The position numbers and the translations under genes were made by a program. Below are positions 1 to 8,646 of a stretch of DNA of 64,000 bases, piece by piece; position 1 is the first letter of the stretch, and each line of letters starts with the position of its first letter. The DNA is from Chryseobacterium sp. TY3. GTDB lineage: Bacteria; Bacteroidota; Bacteroidia; Flavobacteriales; Weeksellaceae. The stretch is from positions 24,048 through 88,047 of the forward strand of contig JBJZOS010000004.1 in NCBI GenBank assembly GCA_046269235.1, read 5' to 3'. Under the pieces are notes generated by a model. That model worked only from the letters and a program-made list of their open reading frames with translations. It did no database searches and was not told the DNA's origin.

Positions 1-240
1 AAAATCGAATTGACACCAGAAATTAATGTTGATGATCTTTTAACTAAAATGGAAAAAGAATATCAAAACGAAGAGGTTTCTACAGTTGATGGTGTTAAAA
101 TAGATTTTGCAGAAAATTGGGTTCACCTTAGAAAGTCAAATACAGAGCCTATTATCAGAATTTATACAGAAGCTAAATCTCAGGAAGAAGCTGACAAATT
201 GGGTGATGATATAATCGCCAAAATTAAAAGTTTGGTTTAA
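1..240 (+). CDS. Phosphoglucosamine mutase / phosphohexomutase family, C-terminal fragment; the 5' end lies upstream of the window
   Basis: The frame is open from base 1 (KIELTPEINV...). The C-terminal motif HLRKSNTEPIIRIYTEA resembles the conserved RxSGTEPxxRvyxEa C-terminus of PGM/PMM/GlmM enzymes. Confidence 0.65.
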   Translation, partial: KIELTPEINVDDLLTKMEKEYQNEEVSTVDGVKIDFAENWVHLRKSNTEPIIRIYTEAKSQEEADKLGDDIIAKIKSLV

Positions 241-355
241 TATTTTTTTACTAAATTTAATAGTCGGTTTTAGACGGACTATGTGTTTTATTAATTAAAG
301 TCTATCGAAGTTTGTAAAACTTTTTTCTCAGTTCGATAGTACGTTTATAAATATA

Positions 356-1726
356 TTGGAAGAATTTTTTGAAAACGAACTTGCTAAAAAGTTCGAAGAC
401 ATGATTGAAAATAATGAAGAACTTTACTTCGATACAGAAGAATATGAAGATATCATTATTTATTATTTGGAGCTTGGCGATATTTCTTACGCAGAATTGG
501 CAACAAAATATGCGCTGAAACTCCATCCAACTTCAATCGAATTAAAGACAAAACAACTAGAGGTTTTCCTAGAGTTAGAACGCTATACAAAGGCCAAAGA
601 ACTTATCGATGAGTTAAAGCCATCTTGTATGGACATGACAGACTTTTTGGTGTGTTGTGCTAAATATTATTCTAATCTCGGGAATCCAAAACGCTCTATT
701 GAATATTGTGAAAAAGCTTTGGAACTCGAGGAAGAAGAGAACTTCTTGCACAATTTTATCGCTGATGAATATGTCAATCTTGACGATCCTTTTAATGCTT
801 TGAAACATTATTCGAAAGCATTGCAATTTGATCCGCAAGACGAATATTCTTTGGAAAATGCGATGGCTTGTTATACCAAGCTTAATCGTTTCCAAGAAGC
901 TTTGGGTTTTATCAACCAATATTTGGATAAGTATCCGTTTTCAGAAATGGCGTGGTTCGAATATGGGCAATTGCATTTTAACAAAAAGAATTATCAGGAA
1001 GCTATCAAAGGTTTCGATTATCTTTTGGCGATTAATCCAAATTCGGTGGGAGTGTACGCTAACAAAGCGGCTTGTTATGAGGCTTTGGGAGATTGGGCGC
1101 GCGCTATCGAAGTCTATGAAGAGATGCTCGATTTGGAATACACCAAAGCTTTCACTTATTACAAAATTGGACTTTGTTATAAAGAAAACAAAATGCCGAT
1201 TCAGGCTTTAGCGTATTTTCAAAAGTCATTAATAGAAGATCCTCAATTTTATTTGTCGATGATGGAGCAATCTTACATCTACGAAGATATGGGTAAATTA
1301 AAAGAAGCGCTCCATTTTGCTCAAGAAAGTGTTTTGTTAAACGAAAATAATATTGATTATCAAAAACGTTTGGCTTTCCTTTACATTGAGTCTGGTAAGT
1401 TTGAAGAAAGTTTAGCCTGTTTTAAGAAATTGATTGGTGTTGAGCCTTCAAGATTTTATAATTGGTACGCTTATTCGGAAGTTTTGATGTTGATTGGCGA
1501 GTACGAAGAGGCTTTAGCGCTTTTAGCAAAGGCAGTGCAGTTGCATAACCGCGCAGAATTGCATTATCAAAAGAGTAACTGTTATTTTCATCTTAATTTA
1601 AATAAAGAAGGAAATGAAGCTTTGAAGCAGGCTTTAGAAATGGATCCCGAAATCTCTGAAGATATGGGACAAAAGTATCCCTTTATAAAAGAAGCTGTCA
1701 AAAAAGTCAAGGCTAAAAAGAAATAA
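356..1726 (+). CDS. Tetratricopeptide (TPR) repeat protein
   Basis: 456-aa ORF with many 34-residue repeats rich in A/Y/L/E (YxxAlxxYxkAL..P pattern). No catalytic motif was seen. Confidence 0.6.
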   Translation: MEEFFENELAKKFEDMIENNEELYFDTEEYEDIIIYYLELGDISYAELATKYALKLHPTSIELKTKQLEVFLELERYTKAKELIDELKPSCMDMTDFLVCCAKYYSNLGNPKRSIEYCEKALELEEEENFLHNFIADEYVNLDDPFNALKHYSKALQFDPQDEYSLENAMACYTKLNRFQEALGFINQYLDKYPFSEMAWFEYGQLHFNKKNYQEAIKGFDYLLAINPNSVGVYANKAACYEALGDWARAIEVYEEMLDLEYTKAFTYYKIGLCYKENKMPIQALAYFQKSLIEDPQFYLSMMEQSYIYEDMGKLKEALHFAQESVLLNENNIDYQKRLAFLYIESGKFEESLACFKKLIGVEPSRFYNWYAYSEVLMLIGEYEEALALLAKAVQLHNRAELHYQKSNCYFHLNLNKEGNEALKQALEMDPEISEDMGQKYPFIKEAVKKVKAKKK

Positions 1727-1729
1727 ATT

Positions 1730-1761
1730 AAAAATCATCTCAATTTGAGATGATTTTTTTT
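1730..1761. terminator. Bidirectional rho-independent terminator hairpin (atcatctcaa-ttt-gagatgat followed by a T run)
   Basis: Perfect 9-10 bp stem followed by T8, lying between the convergent TPR (+) and EamA (-) genes. It overlaps the EamA stop codon. Confidence 0.6.
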
Positions 1762-2636
1762 GTTGGTGCGCTTCTCAAAAATATTAATCCTGCTAATATA
1801 AGAGCTGCCCCGAAATATTGTATCCATTTTAAATGTTCGCCATCTAATAATCCCCAAATAACTGCAACTATCGGCATAACCAGCGTTGTGGTAGAGGCAA
1901 ATAAGGGTGTGGAAATATGTAATAACTTGTAGTTGAGCATCATTGCAAGACCAGTCCCAACAATTGATAATGTCCCAACGTACATGAAGCCGTGCCATGG
2001 GATTTCTTCGACAGAATTTAATTTAGAAAAAAATCCTGAAAAGATTAAGGCCAAAAATGACGGGATTAAAAGCACAATCGAAAATACAAAAGCTGATAAT
2101 ATTTTGGGTTCGACATTATGTAATTTTGCTTTGACCGTCGTGGTGCTTACTGCGTACATTAAAGTGGCTAAAAGTAGCAGAAGAATTGGATAGAGTTTTA
2201 ATTCTCCAAAATTTAAATTTCCGAATGCTAAAATACAAGCGCCAGTAAAGCTTATAAGAATCCCATAAAGCTGCGATTTTGTCGTTGCAATCCCCCAAGC
2301 CAAACTTCCAATAATAATTACAAAAATGGGCATCATAGAGTTGATAATCCCCGCAATACTGCTGCTAATGTGTTCTTCCGCCATCGGGAATAAGAACATC
2401 GGGAAAAAGTTACCGCACAATGCTGCAATAATTAACCATTTTACTCTGTCTTTCGGGAATTTTTTGATCTGCTTAATGGCAAAAGGTAACAAAAACAAAC
2501 CCGAGATCAGAACTCTTAAACCGCCAACCTGATAAGGATTAAAATAGATAAGAGATTTTTTTATTAAAATAAATGAAGATCCCCATATTAAGGAAAGTAG
2601 GATTAATAGAAGCCATTTTAGTTTGTCATTCGACAT
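1740..2636 (-). CDS. EamA/DMT-superfamily transporter (10-TM permease)
   Basis: 298 aa, highly hydrophobic, two repeated 5-TM halves. The N-terminal LLLILLSLIWGSSFILIK motif is typical of EamA-domain proteins. Confidence 0.65.
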   Translation of the reverse strand: MSNDKLKWLLLILLSLIWGSSFILIKKSLIYFNPYQVGGLRVLISGLFLLPFAIKQIKKFPKDRVKWLIIAALCGNFFPMFLFPMAEEHISSSIAGIINSMMPIFVIIIGSLAWGIATTKSQLYGILISFTGACILAFGNLNFGELKLYPILLLLLATLMYAVSTTTVKAKLHNVEPKILSAFVFSIVLLIPSFLALIFSGFFSKLNSVEEIPWHGFMYVGTLSIVGTGLAMMLNYKLLHISTPLFASTTTLVMPIVAVIWGLLDGEHLKWIQYFGAALILAGLIFLRSAPTKKIISN

Positions 2637-3279
2637 TTGATGATTGGTATAGAATTGTTAAATACTCTTTTTTTGAAATCATTTTGGCGCCCAAGCTTTC
2701 CAAATGCTCGCTATGGACTTGACAATCGATTAAATCGAATTCGTCATTATGTGTTTTACAAAAATTTATAAAACCAGCTTTGGACGCATTACTAATTTTA
2801 GAAAACATACTTTCCCCACAAAAGACACGCCCGATTTTAATACCATAAAATCCACCAACCAATTCTTCGTTTTGCCAGACCTCAATGCTGTGGGCGATGC
2901 CAACTTTATGTAGTTCAATAAAGGATTTTATTAAATCATCATTAAGCCAAGTTCCATCTTGGTCAGGTCGATAAGTTGTTTGACAAGCCTTTATCACAGC
3001 TTCGAAGTTTTTGTTTTCAGTAAAACTAAAAACATTGCGATTCAATATTTTTGACATCGATTTCGAAACCTTTAATTCATTCGGTACTAAAACAAATCTC
3101 GGATCGGGACACCACCACAATATTTCCGAATCTTCGTTGTACCAAGGAAAAATCCCTAACTGATAAGCAAAATACAAACGTTCTGGACGTAGATCTCCAC
3201 CAATAGCAATAACGCCATGGTCAGGATTATACAACATCGGATCAGGAAACGAAATATCGTCGGTGTCTAGTCTAATCAT
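2626..3279 (-). CDS. aat: Leucyl/phenylalanyl-tRNA--protein transferase
   Basis: 217 aa. The conserved GGDLxPxxLlxAYxxGIFPWY and WWxPDPR motifs are characteristic of Aat (L/F-transferase). Confidence 0.8.
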   Translation of the reverse strand: MIRLDTDDISFPDPMLYNPDHGVIAIGGDLRPERLYFAYQLGIFPWYNEDSEILWWCPDPRFVLVPNELKVSKSMSKILNRNVFSFTENKNFEAVIKACQTTYRPDQDGTWLNDDLIKSFIELHKVGIAHSIEVWQNEELVGGFYGIKIGRVFCGESMFSKISNASKAGFINFCKTHNDEFDLIDCQVHSEHLESLGAKMISKKEYLTILYQSSNVE

Positions 3280-3335
3280 TGGGATAAAAAAATCCTACTT
3301 GTTAGCAGGATTTTATTTTAGTTGTTTTCTTTTGC

Positions 3336-3710
3336 TTAGAAAGGAAGGTCGTCTTCTTCGTCTTCGAAAACATTTGTGTTTTGACTAGAACTTGCAGGAG
3401 AGCCAGCTGCAGATGTAGGCTCATTAAAGTTACCACCATCTAGTTTTTCGATTCTCCAACCGTTAATAGAGTTGAAATATTTAACTTCTCCTTGTGGCGA
3501 AGTCCACTCGCGTCCTCTTATGTTGATAGAAACCTTCACTTTATCTCCTTCGTTGTAGGCATTAAGCAAGTCAACTTTTTCTGAAAGAAATTCGATATTA
3601 ATTGGCTGTGGATACTGTTCCTCAGTTAATAATACCATTTCTTTTTTTTGAAAACCACTTGCAAATGTCTGTAAATCAGAAAGTTTTTTAATAGTGCCTT
3701 GTAACTCCAT
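3336..3710 (-). CDS. DUF3127-family protein (small acidic-tailed protein)
   Basis: 124 aa. The N-terminal pattern (G.I..L...Q.F.SGF.K.E.VL.TEEQYPQ.I..EF) matches the Bacteroidetes DUF3127 family. The C-terminus is acidic (EDEEDDLPF). Confidence 0.45.
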   Translation of the reverse strand: MELQGTIKKLSDLQTFASGFQKKEMVLLTEEQYPQPINIEFLSEKVDLLNAYNEGDKVKVSINIRGREWTSPQGEVKYFNSINGWRIEKLDGGNFNEPTSAAGSPASSSQNTNVFEDEEDDLPF

Positions 3711-3819
3711 GTTAAAATAAATTTATGTTGGTAAAGGTAATAAAAACGAAAATAGATTAAAAATTTTTGGGTCTAAAAAAGGTGAAGAAAAAAAAATATT
3801 AAAAAGTTTAAAAAAAATT

Positions 3820-3850
3820 TGGTTGGTAAAATAAAAAGTCTCTATATTTG
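3820..3850 (+). promoter_or_regulatory. Putative Bacteroidetes sigma-A promoter for the tRNA cluster (-33 TTG, -7 TAtaTTTG)
   Basis: tatatttg at 3843-3850 matches the Bacteroidetes -7 consensus TAnnTTTG, about 39 nt upstream of tRNA-Leu. A ttggttgg -33-like element lies about 20 nt further upstream. Confidence 0.4.
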
Positions 3851-3888
3851 CAACCACAAAACAACAGGTAAGAAGTTCTTTAAATAAA

Positions 3889-3970
3889 GCGGATGTGGTG
3901 TAATTGGTAGCCACGCCAGACTTAGGATCTGGTGCTTCACGGCGTGGGGGTTCGAGTCCCTTCATCCGCA
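3889..3970 (+). tRNA. tRNA-Leu (anticodon TAG), type II with long variable arm
   Basis: Acceptor stem gcggatg/catccgc, D-loop aattggtag, anticodon loop ct-TAG-ga, long variable arm, T-arm gggggttcgagtccc. Confidence 0.8.
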
Positions 3971-3974
3971 CTAT

Positions 3975-4048
3975 GCGAAAATAGCTCAGCTGGTAGAGCA
4001 CAACCTTGCCAAGGTTGGGGTCGCGGGTTCGAATCCCGTTTTTCGCTC
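3975..4048 (+). tRNA. tRNA-Gly (anticodon GCC)
   Basis: gcgaaaa...ttttcgc acceptor stem, agctcagctggtagagc D-arm, anticodon loop tt-GCC-aa, T-arm gggttcgaatccc. Confidence 0.8.
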
Positions 4049-4056
4049 CACACCAT

Positions 4057-4140
4057 GCCCTGGTGGTGGAACTGGTAGACACGCAGGACTTAAAATCCTG
4101 TGCCTCTTTTGGCGTACGGGTTCAAGTCCCGTCTGGGGTA
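4057..4140 (+). tRNA. tRNA-Leu (anticodon TAA), type II
   Basis: D-loop aactggtaga, anticodon loop ct-TAA-aa, long variable arm, T-arm cgggttcaagtcccg. The acceptor stem needs several G-U pairs, so the exact ends are uncertain. Confidence 0.6.
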
Positions 4141-4146
4141 CATAAG

Positions 4147-4190
4147 AAGACTGATAATCATTGATTATCGGTCTTTTTTGTTTTTAGGAT
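4147..4190 (+). terminator. Rho-independent terminator after the tRNA cluster
   Basis: Hairpin gactgataatc-att-gattatcggtc (one mismatch) followed by ttttttgttttt. Confidence 0.6.
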
Positions 4191-4283
4191 ACGATGTTTT
4201 TTCAAGCTTATATTTTGTAAGTTCAATAAGGTCTTAACAACTATTAAAGTTCCTGATTACTGACAAATGATTATCTTATTTTT

Positions 4284-4312
4284 GAAAAAAAAAGTCCTCA
4301 AAAGAGGACTTT
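4284..4312 (-). terminator. Terminator hairpin for the Hc1-like gene (gtcctcaaaagaggac flanked by A/T runs)
   Basis: Perfect 6-bp GC-containing stem. On the minus strand it is followed by T9. Confidence 0.55.
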
Positions 4313-4334
4313 TATAACTTGAACGATTCAAAAA

Positions 4335-4511
4335 TTACTTTTTAGATTCTTCTACAGAAACTTTTCTGAATTCTTTGAATAATTTTGTTAATTCTAAAGC
4401 TGATTTTCTAGCTCTTGCTCCAGCAGCTTTATTCCCTTTTTCTTCTTGTAAACTAGCATCAGTTTTGAAAGCTTCGATTTCAGCATTGATCTTTTCAATA
4501 AGTTCTTTCAT
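4335..4511 (-). CDS. Histone H1-like nucleoid protein (Hc1 family), 58 aa; absent from the ORF track because it is under 60 aa
   Basis: Translation: MKELIEKINAEIEAFKTDASLQEEKGNKAAGARARKSALELTKLFKEFRKVSVEESKK. It is Lys/Ala-rich and has the typical length and composition of the small 'histone H1' proteins of Flavobacteria. A TAnnTTTG -7 box lies about 25 nt upstream (4536-4543, minus strand) and a terminator lies downstream. Confidence 0.6.
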   Translation of the reverse strand: MKELIEKINAEIEAFKTDASLQEEKGNKAAGARARKSALELTKLFKEFRKVSVEESKK

Positions 4512-5119
4512 TGTAAATTATTTTAATTTGAGCTTCAAATATAGAATTTTGTTTGATTTCACCCAATTTTTTTTCAATAAAAATGATGTCCTAGCGCGTT
4601 ATTTAGGGGATTTTCTATTAAAAAACTTATTTTTATTGTGTGTTTTAACTTCTGATTTTATATTTAATATGTTTTAACTATTGTTTTTTTTAATCTTTAT
4701 AAATGTTGTGCTTATATTATATTTGATGTAGATCTTATTAATATTTTGTAAAGTATTTAATAAAAACATTTTATTATTAATTATTTGTTGCAATATTACA
4801 CGAGAAGCTAATAAATTATAACTGACATGAGACACGTTGCTTTTGCTGAGTAGGTTTATTCGTTGCTCAGCGCTTCTATAAAGACTTTTCCTTTTTATCG
4901 AGTGCCAAATGCTTAGAGACGCTACAACAAGATACAAGTATCACCAGTTCGATTGCTGTTTTTTTTCGCGACATTTCTTATAGAAATCAGCATATTGATA
5001 TTTTTTTGTGGCGTTTTGCTGCTTGGTTTTTTAATGTTTTTGTTTTTTTAAAAAACACAGACGTCATAAAAAAAGTGCGACCGCTGAGATTATTAGATTA
5101 AAAACTGAAAATGAATTTT

Positions 5120-5600
5120 TAAATAAGAATTTAGATTCAAGACGTAGTTAGCAATATTCGCTAACACAATCGCTATTTGAAGCACAAGTTATTGGTTGCT
5201 CTCCCGAGGTTAGAGACGCTTTAATAACGATTAAAAATAGAGTGTCAAATTTAGGAAGGATGCATAATTAATTAACATCATGGTCTAACCAAAGCCAACT
5301 GCACATTAGAGATTATATGTCTATAGATGCAGGTTTTGTTAATGGGAAGTCACATCATGTTGATTTAAGATTTAGTGTTAATCATAATCCAAAACTAGAG
5401 GTTGAGAAACTTGCCATTATTGGACTCATCGTTCATGAGTTGATGTCAATTGCTTTTGCGCATCAACCATAGGGAGAAGAACGTCTAAAAGTTAATGTCA
5501 ATGTAAAACAATAGGCTGGTAAGTTAGCTGTTGATGTTAAAGAAATGGTGTTAAAAATTTTTCGGAGATTGATTTTAGAAATTCTCCTTCTTTAGGATTA
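5120..5600 (+). pseudogene. Decayed sensor histidine kinase remnant (HWE/HisKA_2-type H box and N box) with multiple in-frame stops
   Basis: One frame reads ...EVRDALITIKNRVSNLGRMH (H-box-like) and ...EKLAIIGLIVHELMSIAFAHQP*GEERLKVNVNVKQ*AGKLAVDV. The second stretch resembles the HELxTNAxKHA ... G.v.v.w N/G-box of HWE-type kinases. It is interrupted by TAG/TAA stops and no intact ORF remains. Confidence 0.4.
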
Positions 5601-5702
5601 AAATGCCCATGGAGCTCAGTAAGCAAATAGAAGCTTCCATTTACCATGTGCATTAAAAATTGGGACGCATTATCAGTTCCAGATCCCAAATTAAGTTATT
5701 TT

Positions 5703-5750
5703 TACATTTTAATAAAGCCGCGCAGAACGAAGTTCCGCGCGGCTTTATTA
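5703..5750 (-). terminator. GC-rich terminator hairpin downstream of the ypfJ-like gene
   Basis: aaagccgcgcagaac-gaa-gttccgcgcggcttt forms a near-perfect 12-bp stem in an AT-rich context, flanked by A/T runs. Confidence 0.55.
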
Positions 5751-5775
5751 AGACGACAATTTGTTAAAAGACTTT

Positions 5776-6633
5776 CTACTTCAAAAGAGCGTTAAATGTA
5801 TCACCTTGACGAATATCGCCTGTATTATAACCCTTCATGAACCATTCTTTACGTTGTGCAGAAGAGCCGTGGGTAAAAGCTTCTTGATTGACATATCCGC
5901 TTGATCTTTTTTGGATGTTATCGTCACCAACAGCTTCGGCTGCGCTAATTGCAGACTCGATGTCACCTGGTTCTAATATCTTTTCACGGTTGTCGGTTTG
6001 TCTTGCCCAGACACCAGCATAGAAATCCGCTTGTAGTTCGGTTGCAACCGATACACGATTCATTTCAGCTTCGGAGTAGCGTCCGCTTTGTCTAAGTTGA
6101 TCTACTTTTTTTGTTGTTCCTAATAAAGTTTGTACATGGTGGCCAACTTCGTGTGCCATAACATAAGCGATCGAGAATTCGGTTACTTTTGCACCAAAGC
6201 GCTGTTGCAGTTCGTTAAAGAAGCTCATGTCCATATAGACTGTTTCGTCGGCAGGACAGTAGAATGGTCCCATTGCTGCTTGTGCTGTACCGCAACCAGA
6301 GCGCGTTACGTCTTCGAAAAGTACAACGTGTGGTTTTCTATAAGTCATTCCGTTTTGTTGGAAGATCTGTGTCCAAGTTTTTTCGGTCTCGGCGGTTACC
6401 ATCTCTACAAATTCACGAACTTGAAGTTCTTGTTGGTTAAGTTGCCGTTGTTCGGTCTGTTGTCCGCCTGAGTTAATTGCAGTTCCTAAAATTGCTGATG
6501 GGTCGCCTCCTAAAAAGAAAACAATGGCCGCAATAATTAAAGTGCCCAATCCGCCACCAACTAATAGTCCGCCACCGCCGCCTGAGCCGCGTCTGTCGTC
6601 AACGTTGTCACTTCTATCGTTAGTCCATTTCAT
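5776..6633 (-). CDS. ypfJ: YpfJ-family neutral zinc metallopeptidase (probable start MKWTNDRSDNVDDRR; the ORF track extends it 10 codons upstream)
   Basis: Close co-linear similarity to E. coli YpfJ: RESDNVEDRR N-terminus, Gly-rich segment plus TM, GCGxAQxxMGPFYCPAD and the HExGHH zinc motif (AHEVGHHVQ). Confidence 0.85.
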   Translation of the reverse strand: MKWTNDRSDNVDDRRGSGGGGGLLVGGGLGTLIIAAIVFFLGGDPSAILGTAINSGGQQTEQRQLNQQELQVREFVEMVTAETEKTWTQIFQQNGMTYRKPHVVLFEDVTRSGCGTAQAAMGPFYCPADETVYMDMSFFNELQQRFGAKVTEFSIAYVMAHEVGHHVQTLLGTTKKVDQLRQSGRYSEAEMNRVSVATELQADFYAGVWARQTDNREKILEPGDIESAISAAEAVGDDNIQKRSSGYVNQEAFTHGSSAQRKEWFMKGYNTGDIRQGDTFNALLK

Positions 6634-6668
6634 AGTTTGAAAATTTATGTGATAAAAGTACAAAAAAA

Positions 6669-6689
6669 ATGTAGGTGAGAAACCTACAT
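6669..6689 (-). terminator. Rho-independent terminator of ribH
   Basis: Perfect 7-bp hairpin atgtagg-tgagaaa-cctacat. On the minus strand it is followed by T8. Confidence 0.6.
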
Positions 6690-6848
6690 TTAATTTTATT
6701 CTAAGAACGTGGAAAATCGTCTAAAATAGCCCTGATGGGAGCAATTGTTTGAGCTCGTTGTAATGTTTGGATTTGCTTTGGCTACAACAGCGAGTGCGGA
6801 CAGCGGGACTAATAGCCAAAAGTACATGCTATTGTCCTGCTCCAAAAA

Positions 6849-7331
6849 TTATACTTTGTTGTTAAACTGTATCATTTTGATAGCTGTAACAGCTGCTTCG
6901 ATGCCTTTATTGCCCAATGTGCCGCCACTTCTTGCAATAGACTGCTCTTTGGTATCGTCTGTTAAAACGCAGAAGATGGTTGGTGTCTTTGTAAGGGTGT
7001 TACAGTCTTTGATGCCGTGCGCCACCGCCGAACAAACGTAATCGAAATGCGGTGTCTCGCCGCGAATAACACATCCAATAGCGATAACAGCTGCAAAACG
7101 GTTAGACTTGCACATTTGCATTGCTGCAAAACTAAGTTCGAAAGCGCCAGGAACGTAGAATACTTTGATGTTTTCTTTACGAATGCCTTCTTTGTGGAGT
7201 ACTTCTAAAGCGCCATCGCGCATGTTGAATGTTACGAAATCATTCCACTCAGAAACAACAATGCCGATAGAATATTCATCGGCATTTGATAGGCTGAGTG
7301 GCTTGTAATCGGAAAGATTAACCGTTGCCAT
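6849..7331 (-). CDS. ribH: 6,7-dimethyl-8-ribityllumazine synthase
   Basis: 160 aa with conserved lumazine synthase blocks (GIVVSEWNDFVT, YVPGAFELSFAA, GCVIRGETPHFDYVC). Confidence 0.9.
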   Translation of the reverse strand: MATVNLSDYKPLSLSNADEYSIGIVVSEWNDFVTFNMRDGALEVLHKEGIRKENIKVFYVPGAFELSFAAMQMCKSNRFAAVIAIGCVIRGETPHFDYVCSAVAHGIKDCNTLTKTPTIFCVLTDDTKEQSIARSGGTLGNKGIEAAVTAIKMIQFNNKV

Positions 7332-7333
7332 GT

Positions 7334-8086
7334 TTAGTAATATTTAGTCATTTCAATATAAGCATCAGACTGACCATTGTCGTAGTCTTGATATTTCTCA
7401 TCGATTGTTGCAAAGTATTTTTTAGCTTCTGCCTTTTTGTTAAGAGACAATGCTAACATACCTGCTTTTTTTGTAAAATAGTAAGTTGTATAAGCATCCT
7501 TTGACGCCGTTGCGGCTTTGTCCATATTAGCCATTGCATCGTCGCTACGGTTAAGGTTAGCAGAACAATCTGCCATTGCGCCATACTTCATCGCCATTAA
7601 AGTCTTATTGTCGCTGCTGAATTTGTCCAACAGGTCATAAGCTTTTTGGAAATTTCCTTTTTTGAATTCGATAAGTCCTGCGTTATAAGCCGCTAACTTA
7701 CCAGCATCGGTAGCAGAATACTCGTTGTAAGTCCCAACGAAACCAGGATTTGCTGCGCTTTTTCCTCCTAATGCTAAGTCGTTATCACCTTTGGAAAGGT
7801 TAGCTTGAGCTGTTAAGAATGCTTTAGTCGCTTCTTCGTTTTGAGGTCCTACTATAAATTGTTTATAACCAAAAAATCCTAAAACTGCAAGGATAAGAAC
7901 ACCGAAAACAATACCAACTGTTTTAGAATGCTTCTCCAAGCCTTGTTCTACATTGAAAGCCTTTTGGTCTAAGTCTTTAAAAAACTCTACGGTTTCTTTA
8001 CCTTCCTCGATTTGTTTTTTATTTAAGTCTGCCATATTTTTTATATAATCGAAATGCAAATTTAATGCTTTCCGTGTGATATGCAA
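7334..8086 (-). CDS. TPR-repeat membrane-anchored protein (ribH-associated)
   Basis: 250 aa with one TM segment (IVFGVLILAVLGFFGY) followed by Ala/Tyr-rich TPR-like repeats. It sits immediately upstream of ribH on the same strand. Confidence 0.5.
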   Translation of the reverse strand: MHITRKALNLHFDYIKNMADLNKKQIEEGKETVEFFKDLDQKAFNVEQGLEKHSKTVGIVFGVLILAVLGFFGYKQFIVGPQNEEATKAFLTAQANLSKGDNDLALGGKSAANPGFVGTYNEYSATDAGKLAAYNAGLIEFKKGNFQKAYDLLDKFSSDNKTLMAMKYGAMADCSANLNRSDDAMANMDKAATASKDAYTTYYFTKKAGMLALSLNKKAEAKKYFATIDEKYQDYDNGQSDAYIEMTKYY

Positions 8087-8105
8087 AAAAACTGCGTTTT
8101 ATAGA

Positions 8106-8642
8106 TTAATATTTTAAAATTGAATAAATATCTGCGTTGAATTTTTCAAGCTTTTTGGAGCCGTTAAGGTCTTCCAAAGAAATTAAGAAACTGAATTGTG
8201 CTGGGATGCTGCCTTGCTTTTCTACCAATTTGGCGGCCGCTTCTGTTGTCCCACCCGTTGCTAAGAGATCGTCGTGGATGAGCACGCGCTGTCCTTTTTG
8301 TAGCTGGTCAGTTTTCATCTCAATTTCTGAAGTGCCATATTCTAAGTCATAAACTTGTCCAATAAATGGTGGTGGAAGTTTTCCTTTTTTACGAATTAAA
8401 ACAAATGGAACTTCTAACGCAACCGCAATTGCAATCCCAAAAAGATAACCACGACTTTCGATACCACAAACAACATCGATTTTTCCTTTGCTAAATTCTA
8501 CAAAATCTTTAATAACCGCTTCGTAAAGTTTTGGTTGTAAAAATATTGGGGAAATATCCTTAAACTGAATGCCTTCAATAGGGAAGTCTGGGATATTGGT
8601 TATCGTTTTTTCTAAATCGTGGATAAGATCCGAAGATGCCAT
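8106..8642 (-). CDS. apt: Adenine phosphoribosyltransferase
   Basis: 178 aa. PRTase motif VLIHDDLLATGGT and the conserved N-terminal IPDFPIEGIQFKDISP block. Confidence 0.9.
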   Translation of the reverse strand: MASSDLIHDLEKTITNIPDFPIEGIQFKDISPIFLQPKLYEAVIKDFVEFSKGKIDVVCGIESRGYLFGIAIAVALEVPFVLIRKKGKLPPPFIGQVYDLEYGTSEIEMKTDQLQKGQRVLIHDDLLATGGTTEAAAKLVEKQGSIPAQFSFLISLEDLNGSKKLEKFNADIYSILKY

Positions 8643-8646
8643 TTAA

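Noticed and set aside
240-356. Possible terminator hairpin agtcggttttagacggact after the phosphomutase fragment
   Set aside because: The stem is only 4 bp plus a mismatch and is not followed by a clean T run, which is too weak to call.
3723-4082. 119-aa minus-strand ORF
   Set aside because: It overlaps the three tRNA genes and their promoter on the opposite strand. The peptide is low-complexity, so it is an ORF-finder artefact.
4375-4937. ORFs 4375-4677 (+) and 4674-4937 (-) in the AT-rich stretch
   Set aside because: The composition is low-complexity F/L/I/N-rich. The region contains the real small Hc1 gene on the opposite strand and otherwise looks like decayed non-coding DNA.
6130-7208. 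Antisense ORFs inside ypfJ and ribH (6130-6471, 6745-7041, 7017-7208)
   Set aside because: They are embedded in well-supported conserved genes on the other strand and have no motifs.
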